A stretch of DNA of 64,000 bases, from the NCBI GenBank assembly GCA_964016885.1, contig OZ024747.1, positions 66,712,001 through 66,776,000 of the forward strand, in the 5' to 3' direction. Below the pieces are notes generated by a model that saw only the letters and a list, made by a program, of their open reading frames with translations, made no database searches and was not told the origin of the DNA. Numbering within the stretch: the stretch's first letter is position 1; every line of letters starts with the position of its first letter. The translations under genes and the position numbers were made by a program. Origin of the DNA: Eledone cirrhosa. Its lineage: Eukaryota. Positions 56,549 through 64,000 of this stretch are shown here, piece after piece.

Positions 56549-56812
56549 GTGGTTAAATGTATATACGTTTATCATATATACACACACATATATCTGTATA
56601 TGTGGGTAAGCATGTACATATGTATATATATATATATATATACACACAGAGAGACAGAGAAAGCGAGGAACAAAGAGAGATATGTAAATTCCCGACCGCA
56701 GCGCCGCGTTGGGGATTTTACATACCCACTCTGCCTCTCCCCATGTATTGAGTCCTCCCATGATTAGCGGTCGCTTCAGTAGCAACACCACAGGCACACA
56801 CACACACACACA

Positions 56813-56854
<42 letters not shown>

Positions 56855-57409
56855 CTCTATCTCACTCACTCTCTGTCTCTCTCTCACTCTCTCTCTTTAC
56901 ACACACATACAAACACACACACACACTCATATATATATATTCATACATGCATGTATGTATGTATGTATGTATGTATGTATGTATGTATGTATGTATGTAT
57001 GTATGTATGTATGTATGTCAGTGTATTTGTGTTTGTGTGTTTGTGTGTGTGTGAGTGTTTAAGTATAGATAGTTAGATAAGACATATCTTTATGTTGCGT
57101 GTATGTATTCAGCGATATACATACACACACGCATAAGTTGCGTGCTGGTTAATAAGAACACATTTCTGCTGTTTCCACCGGTGTTGCTGCTACTGTTGCT
57201 GCTGCTGCTGCACGTGACATTTATGAAATATGAAATCAAAGAAATGAAAATCGAAGACAGAATAGAAGAGACAGTAATATAATGACTAAGTGGAGTGCAG
57301 AGAGAGGGGCGGGCAAGAGAGGTAGTGTGAGGGAGTGGTGATAAAGATTGTAGAGGAGGGGTAAGTGAGGTAGGTTGTGATCGAACGAGGTAAAGCTGGA
57401 GGGAGGTTG

Positions 57410-57549
57410 TAGAAGAAGAAGAAGAAGAAGAAGAAGAAGAAGAAAACGACGAAAAGAATAAGACGATCAACAATAAGAAATAGCAACTGCAACAACGACC
57501 ACATATAAAACAGCAGCAGCCACAACAACAACAACAACAATAACAACAA

Positions 57550-57587
<38 letters not shown>

Positions 57588-57660
57588 ATAACAACAACAA
57601 CAACAACAGCAACAAAAACAACGGCAACATCAAGAAAATTAACAACCACAACAATAAAAT
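57410..57660. repeat. Compound (GAA)n/(CAA)n/(CAG)n microsatellite
   Basis: Seen directly. Confidence 0.9.
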
Positions 57661-57729
57661 ATCAAGAAACATGATAGAAGATAATTTTGTCATCTGTCAA
57701 CATTAGCTTTTCTTTAGATTCACATATCA

Positions 57730-57762
<33 letters not shown>

Positions 57763-57780
57763 TGTATGTGTGTATGTATG

Positions 57781-60700
57781 TTTTCTCTTTCTCTTAATTT
57801 TGAGTATATTTTTTGACCGGCCACCTTCCTGGTGGCAAGGTTGTAAAAGAAAAGAAATTGTCATCCCTTGAATCGCAAGAATGTTTTGCAAATTTTGAAG
57901 GTGCCAGCTATCGCAGCCATTTGTAGACTATGAATTAGGGAGCTGCGCTTTTTGTCCGCAAATCCAAGTTCAGTCATACTTTGGTCCAAGCGGGTTGGTA
58001 TATAACCCGTAGCACCAATAATGATGGGTATGGAGCTAAAGGTGTATCTTGGATACTGGATTTGTAAACTCCTCATCAATGGTCCGTAGATGTCCTCCTT
58101 CTCCTGTATTATTCTGACAACGTTTACATCAAGTGGGCAGCTGATCACCACAACAGAACACGTTTTCAATGTGTGGTCCCAAACTACAATATCAGGCCGG
58201 TTGTGCTTTAATTTGGTGGCAGTTTTTATTTTCAGGTTCCACCAGTATTCCTTAGTGCCATCTGTCTCAATATATTCTTCCTCGTTTGTTGTTGATTTTG
58301 TTTTCCGAAGTGCGTTCCAGATGGTTCTAGCTATCCCATCGTGTCTCATGGGGAGGTAGTAGCGAGATGACATTCTTTCGCAGCTGGCAACAATGTGGCT
58401 TACATCCTCGATCTTTGTTTTACATAGCCTACATTTATTGTCAGCTGCTGGCCCTCTTCTTTTGTGCAGCAGATATTTGGTAGGGAGTTCTTGTTCCTGT
58501 ATTGCATAGAGATATCCCTCAAGGTGTGATGTCATAAACTTGTCGGAACTCCATGCCAGGCTTTTTGAGTGGTTTATCCCCTCTATGGTCTGTGTTTTAC
58601 GCCTCAAGTATCCATGCACAACTTTTTCTGTAAATTGGTCAATTTTTTTTTCTTGTTTGAACATTGAATAGGATCTTCCGATTTCTCTGGGTGAGAGATT
58701 TATATCGGGCTTTATTCCATATCTCTCCTCCAGATCAGTCGCTATTCTAATGATATTTCTTTTTTCATGGTCATAAACCTGGGCAAGATGGTTGCCAACC
58801 TTTTTCTTCTGTTGAAGGTGTTGCTTCAGTGTCACTATCCGGGTCTCATATGTTGTTAATATTGATTTTAGACCCCGGCCACCTTCCTTGCGTGAGAAGT
58901 ATAGCCTATCCACATCACCATTGATGTTAAAGTTCCCATTAACACTGAGAAGTTTTCGAGTTCTAACATCCATCTCACTTAGTTCTTGCAATGGCCAGTT
59001 CAGTAGGCCAAATGTTGGCGTTAGAATTGGCACAGCATAAGTATTGTGGGCAATGTATTTGTTGTATGCTGACAGTTCTGATGACCATATTTTCTTTACT
59101 CTTCTGAGGTATTCAGTTCTGGTTCTCTCCTTATTTATGGGTCCATCATATCTGACATTCTCATCCTGTCCAAGATATCTGTAGTTGTCACCTGACTGCA
59201 GAGGTTGTATTGTCAGGCCGTTCATCTCTAGATTTCTAGAGGAGGGCACAGCTCTTCCACGTTTTACTGCCAAATATGCACACTTGGACTCACCAAATTT
59301 CATTTTGATGTCGGTTGAAAATTGTGTAATGAGGTCCAATTGTTTCTTGATGTCATTGATATTTGGCCCATACAACTTCAGGTCATCAACAAAGAAAAGA
59401 TGGGAGATACTTCTGGTCCCACTTCTTTGTCGACCTTGTTTCCTGAGTAGGTAAGATAGTGGATTCAGTGAGAGAACGAAGAGTAGCACTGACAAGCTAT
59501 CACCCTGAAAGATGCCCTTCTGGTAATGTATCTTATCAGTCTTAACCTGCTCCTTCTCACCTCTAAGGATCAAACTGGTGTACCAGTTCTTGGTCAGGCG
59601 TTCAACAGCAGCTACCAATGGTTGTGGGACTTTAGCTAACTGTAAAGCCTTAACAATCCACCCATGAGGTACACTATCAAATGCTTTTTGATAGTCCAGC
59701 CACACGACAGTCATGTTTCTGCGATTCTTTGTTGTTTTTTCCTGAATCATTTTGTTAGTTAGTAGGTGATCTATGCAACCCCACACCTCCCTCTTTCCAC
59801 CAGCTTGCTCAGGTGTTATGATGTTGTTGGTAGCACAGTGATCCTGTAAGAACAGGTTAAGGCACCCAGTATATAATTTATACATGATGTTTTGGCAGGC
59901 AATTGGGCGGTAATTTTTAGCAAGGGTGGTTTGGCTATTTTTGGGAATGAGGAGAGTAGAGGCAGTTGATAACCATCTGGGCAGTTCTTGTGTGCCCTTA
60001 ATGGTTTCTGTAGACAGCCGTATGAGATCTTGCCGATAGAAAGTGAAATTCTTCAACCAGTATCCTGTAATGAGGTCTGGGCCTGGCAATTTCCTATTCG
60101 ACATTTTCTGTAGAGCTGTTTCCAGTATTGACCCATCTATGTCATATTGTTTTGTCTGGACATGTTGGCAGTAGTCCTGTTCCAGTTCTTTTAGCCAATT
60201 AGCTTGTCTGTTGAATCCGTCATCCGTTTCCCATACAGATCTCCAGTAGCTCTCAACCTGTTCTTTTGAAGGGGTGTCATTTACAGAGATTGAGCTTTTG
60301 CCACCGAAGCTGCGATAAACTGATTTAGGATCTCTGGCAAACAATCTATTTAGCACTTGTCGTTTATGTGCTGTTGACTTATATTTTAGTCTTTCTGTTG
60401 TAGCTGTGAGTTGTTGTTTCAACTGGTGTAATTTGGAGTTCAAAGTTTTAAATTTTGTATCTCCAAATCTTCTCTCTAACTTTTTCTTTAGGTCTTCCTG
60501 GTGTTGTGTGAAGTTGCTCTCTATGTTGCATTTCATAACGACTGCGATGTGTGAGATACTTCGTCTCAGGGACAAAATTTTGGTTTTTAAATTTCGCATC
60601 CACGCTGGTTCAGGCTTTCTGTTTGTATCTTGATTGCGTGGTTTTAGATGTGTGTTATATGCTAGCAATGTGACAGCTGAAACATATAACAAAACATTAA

Positions 60701-61807
60701 GCGTTTCAAATGTCGTTTCTACACCTTTAGATCGTATAGCCTTCAGATAATTGCCAGTTATTTCGTTCACCGCTTCCAATTCCAATTTAGTGGGTTCTTT
60801 ACTGACTCTAGTGTTGTATGGTCTGTCACTCACATTAAGGCTGTGTATCTCTTGAAACATATCATTCCATATCACTTGTAGGGAGCCCACAAGTTTTTGG
60901 TGCTCTGTTTGTTCAGTAGAGTCATGAATTTCAGCCTCGTTGTTGATGTGGTGACAATTACTACTAGAGTCAGCTGACCTTTCTCGCTGTTCTTCAGTGG
61001 AAGTGGGATGAATTTCAGCAAAATTGTTGGTGAGCTGTTCACTGTTAGATTTAGCTGGCCATTCTCTTTGTCTGTCAGTGGAGGTGGGGTGGTTGTCTAC
61101 AAGGGCTGTATTTGTAGTATCACTCGATTCCGTTAGATGTATCAATTTACATCTAATGATACGTTTTGCCTGTTCATTTAAATGCTTTGGAGAAAAGTCT
61201 AATTCTGGGTGTTTGGAGTTCCATAAAGTTTTTAGCCTTTGCATAAAACCGAACTTTTGGGGTTCAGATTGTTTGTATGCTTCATATAATACTTTGTTAA
61301 GCTCGTAGGTCCACTGTGTACAGCGGTTGTAATTGCGATTTGGTCGAAGGAGACTTGTACTTTTTGCCATGATGAGTTCGTCTATTCACTAATATTTCGT
61401 ATTTATTTTTCAAAATAGTCGATGATCTTCTTTAAAAGTTACGACAAAGTTCTGTCAGAATCAAATTTAAAGTTATTCACAGCTTGAGTAATATTTCTTT
61501 TCAGTTAGTTTTTAATTCTACAGCTGTGTTTTATATAAATATAATATTTCTTTATAAATGTAATATAACAACGTTGCATTTATATGTTAAAGTGTATGTA
61601 TCGTTCATATATCATAAGTGTATGTATCGTTCATATAAATAGGTGTTTTACAACACACTTACAGTTCAAACACTTATGTAGAATTATTGTATGTAATCTT
61701 ACCGCGTAATGTAGCTCAACTTTTTCCAATATATGGTATGTTGCCTTCATGTAAGCCGTAATTACACACGTCCGATTATCGGACACTGACCACAACGGTC
61801 GCCATTT

Positions 61808-61810
<3 letters not shown>
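57781..61810 (-). mobile_element. Apparently full-length R4/Dong-clade LINE flanked by (TATG)n
   Basis: Single long ORF, short 3' UTR; TATG arrays at 57733-57780 and about 61812-61900. The 5' boundary is approximate. Confidence 0.85.
57861..61370 (-). CDS. R4/Dong-clade polyprotein: RT + CCHC zinc finger + restriction-like endonuclease (1169 aa, uninterrupted)
   Basis: NYRPIAC, WLDYQKAFDSVPH, GIFQGDSLS, FFVDDLKLY, YRYLG, CRLC..EDVSHIVASC, RHD, RPDIVVWD. Confidence 0.93.
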   Translation of the reverse strand: MAKSTSLLRPNRNYNRCTQWTYELNKVLYEAYKQSEPQKFGFMQRLKTLWNSKHPELDFSPKHLNEQAKRIIRCKLIHLTESSDTTNTALVDNHPTSTDRQREWPAKSNSEQLTNNFAEIHPTSTEEQRERSADSSSNCHHINNEAEIHDSTEQTEHQKLVGSLQVIWNDMFQEIHSLNVSDRPYNTRVSKEPTKLELEAVNEITGNYLKAIRSKGVETTFETLNVLLYVSAVTLLAYNTHLKPRNQDTNRKPEPAWMRNLKTKILSLRRSISHIAVVMKCNIESNFTQHQEDLKKKLERRFGDTKFKTLNSKLHQLKQQLTATTERLKYKSTAHKRQVLNRLFARDPKSVYRSFGGKSSISVNDTPSKEQVESYWRSVWETDDGFNRQANWLKELEQDYCQHVQTKQYDIDGSILETALQKMSNRKLPGPDLITGYWLKNFTFYRQDLIRLSTETIKGTQELPRWLSTASTLLIPKNSQTTLAKNYRPIACQNIMYKLYTGCLNLFLQDHCATNNIITPEQAGGKREVWGCIDHLLTNKMIQEKTTKNRRNMTVVWLDYQKAFDSVPHGWIVKALQLAKVPQPLVAAVERLTKNWYTSLILRGEKEQVKTDKIHYQKGIFQGDSLSVLLFVLSLNPLSYLLRKQGRQRSGTRSISHLFFVDDLKLYGPNINDIKKQLDLITQFSTDIKMKFGESKCAYLAVKRGRAVPSSRNLEMNGLTIQPLQSGDNYRYLGQDENVRYDGPINKERTRTEYLRRVKKIWSSELSAYNKYIAHNTYAVPILTPTFGLLNWPLQELSEMDVRTRKLLSVNGNFNINGDVDRLYFSRKEGGRGLKSILTTYETRIVTLKQHLQQKKKVGNHLAQVYDHEKRNIIRIATDLEERYGIKPDINLSPREIGRSYSMFKQEKKIDQFTEKVVHGYLRRKTQTIEGINHSKSLAWSSDKFMTSHLEGYLYAIQEQELPTKYLLHKRRGPAADNKCRLCKTKIEDVSHIVASCERMSSRYYLPMRHDGIARTIWNALRKTKSTTNEEEYIETDGTKEYWWNLKIKTATKLKHNRPDIVVWDHTLKTCSVVVISCPLDVNVVRIIQEKEDIYGPLMRSLQIQYPRYTFSSIPIIIGATGYIPTRLDQSMTELGFADKKRSSLIHSLQMAAIAGTFKICKTFLRFKG

Positions 61811-61841
<31 letters not shown>

Positions 61842-62153
61842 TGTATGTATGTATGTATGTATGTATGTATGTATGTATGTATGTATGTATGTACGTATGA
61901 TTGTATGTGTGCATGTATGTATGTATATTCTTCTGGTTTTATAATTTCACAAAATTTTACCAATAGAGAGGGAGTCGGTTTCTAACATAGACACAAGACT
62001 CTCTCATTGGAATTTACACATCAACTAGGTAGATATGTATGTATGCATGCATGTGTAGATATGGATGTTATTGTATGTGTGGATGTGTATGTTTTGAGTT
62101 GTATGTGTGCATGTGTATATGCTGTGTATCTGTACATGTGTATATGCAGTTTA

Positions 62154-64000
62154 TTAGATGCAAAATTTTTGGAATGTTTTACATATTTTTACTGTTCCAT
62201 TAATGGATTGTACTTGTAATTTCCTAACTAGTTGTGTTCTTTCTGTTCCTGTGAAGCCTAGCTTCTCAAGATTTGTATTGAGGCAGTTACTAACATATCC
62301 CAGTGCCCCAATAATCACAGGCATAAATCTGAAGGTGTAATCAGGGTGGAGTATCTGCAGATTTCTCATCAGTTCTGCATAAATATTTTCCTTTTCACTA
62401 ATCTTTGATATTATATTGGCATCTGCTGGGCAGCTAATTTCCACTACTGTGCATGTTTTCTTCTCCCTGTCCCATATCATAATATCTGGTCTGTAATGCC
62501 TGCAATTTATTGGGTTTTTTACTGGAACATTCCACCAGTACTCTTTCATATTATGTACATGGATGTCTTCCACATTGTTGTAACTTTTAATGTGTTTATT
62601 ATCGGGGCTATCTTTTTTACGAACTGCATTGTACAGTGTTTTGGCCACTACATCATGCCTCATAGGTAGATAGTACCGCGATGACATCTTTGGGCAGCTG
62701 CTGATGACATGGGTGATATCCTCGATGTTAGTTCTGCAGAGTCTGCACTTGTTATCACATCTAGGTGTTTTGCCTGCATCCCTATCTCTTTTGCGAATCA
62801 GGTATTTCGTGCTAATCTCCTGTTCTTGGATTGCAAAAGCGTATCCTTCAAAGTGGGAGCCAATATAGCGGTTGTTGGTCCAAGATAGACTACTTTCCTT
62901 ATCTATATTACTCTCACTTTGGAGCTTCCTGGCAACATATCCATGCATGAATTTTTGCTGATAGGCATGCAGTTTTTCATCCATGGATTCACTGCGATAC
63001 TGCTGAGCGACATCCCTGGGTGTGAATTTTTGATTATCACACAGGGAATATCTCTCAAGGAGTTCCTTCCCAACTCTCATGATCTTATCTGTTTCATGCA
63101 GATAGACTTGCTCGAGAAACGGGCTCCTACGCTTCGAGGTTCGTAGATGTTGTCGGAGAGATATGATGCGACATTCAAATGTTGTCTGGACTGATGTTAG
63201 GCCTCTGCCTCCCTGCTTACGTTTCAAGTAAAGGCGGTCTATGTCACTGTTGATGTAGAAGTTTCCGGTGTTGTTCAGTATTTTTCGAGTTCCAACATCA
63301 ACTGCTCGGATTTCATCTATCGTCCAATTGAGTATTCCGAACGTTGGTGTTAGGACAGGCACAGCAAACACATTGTGAGCCACTGTTTTGTTTTGCGCAG
63401 AGAGTTCCGATGACCAGATCTTTCTTAATCGGGTGTAGTATTCCCTGGTTACGCGTTCTTTATTACAGATACCATTATAGGATATGTTCTCATCTATCCC
63501 CAGGTATCTGTAGTAGTCCTCATCAGATATCGGTGAAACAGTTGGACCATTGATGACAATGTTGCTAGATTGGGTTGTTGTTTTTCCCCGCTTTACAGTC
63601 ATGTATGAGCATTTATCCTGGCCAAACTCCATTCCTATATCCTTTGAGAACGTTGTAACCAGGTCAAGATTTTTCTTCATCCCATCCATGTTCTTGGCAT
63701 AGAGTTTCAGATCGTCTACAAAGAAGTTATGGGTTAGGTTCGTATTTCTGTCCTCCTGTGAGCCAATGATGTATCCCTCACATTTCTTGAGCAGAAAGGA
63801 CAAAGGGGTTTAATGACAAGATGAACAATATCACAGAGAGACTGTCCCCCTGAAATATACCCCTGCAATATTTTATTTTATCAGTGAAAATAGTGTCCTC
63901 CCTCTCTGTCTTTAACCTTAGGATAGTAGCCCAAGAAGAAGACAGCCTCTCTATGACTCTGACAATAATGTCTGGGACTTTAGTAAGTTGGAGGGCCTCT
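62154..64000 (-). mobile_element. Second R4/Dong-clade LINE of a related family, frameshifted near 63805 and continuing past the window end
   Basis: 549-aa ORF with FFVDDLKLY, CRLC...HVISSC, RHD, RPDIMIWD..EISCP; upstream frame has GIFQGDSLS. Confidence 0.92.

Overview
This is a eukaryotic, AT-rich, microsatellite-dense window made almost entirely of transposable elements. No host gene can be confidently identified. The SINE and microsatellite make-up resembles octopus/cephalopod genomes, which is inferred from remembered repeat families and not checked. Contents: a head-to-tail array of L1/Tx1-like LINEs (1-8360) plus three more 3' fragments; five R4/Dong-clade LINE copies, including one uninterrupted 1169-aa ORF; a CRE-like relic; RTE elements, one with a twin-priming-type 5' inversion; two Penelope-like (GIY-YIG) fragments; two non-autonomous Helitrons; and many tRNA-derived SINEs. 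The most unusual signal is a dense set of fold-back (inverted-repeat) elements in (TA)n tracts that carry type I hammerhead ribozyme motifs. One family of five copies keeps only the GAAA-stem III-GUC half of a hammerhead, mirrored as a palindrome around the presumed stem II loop. Most ORFs in the supplied track are microsatellite or antisense artefacts. Coordinates of degenerate repeats are approximate.
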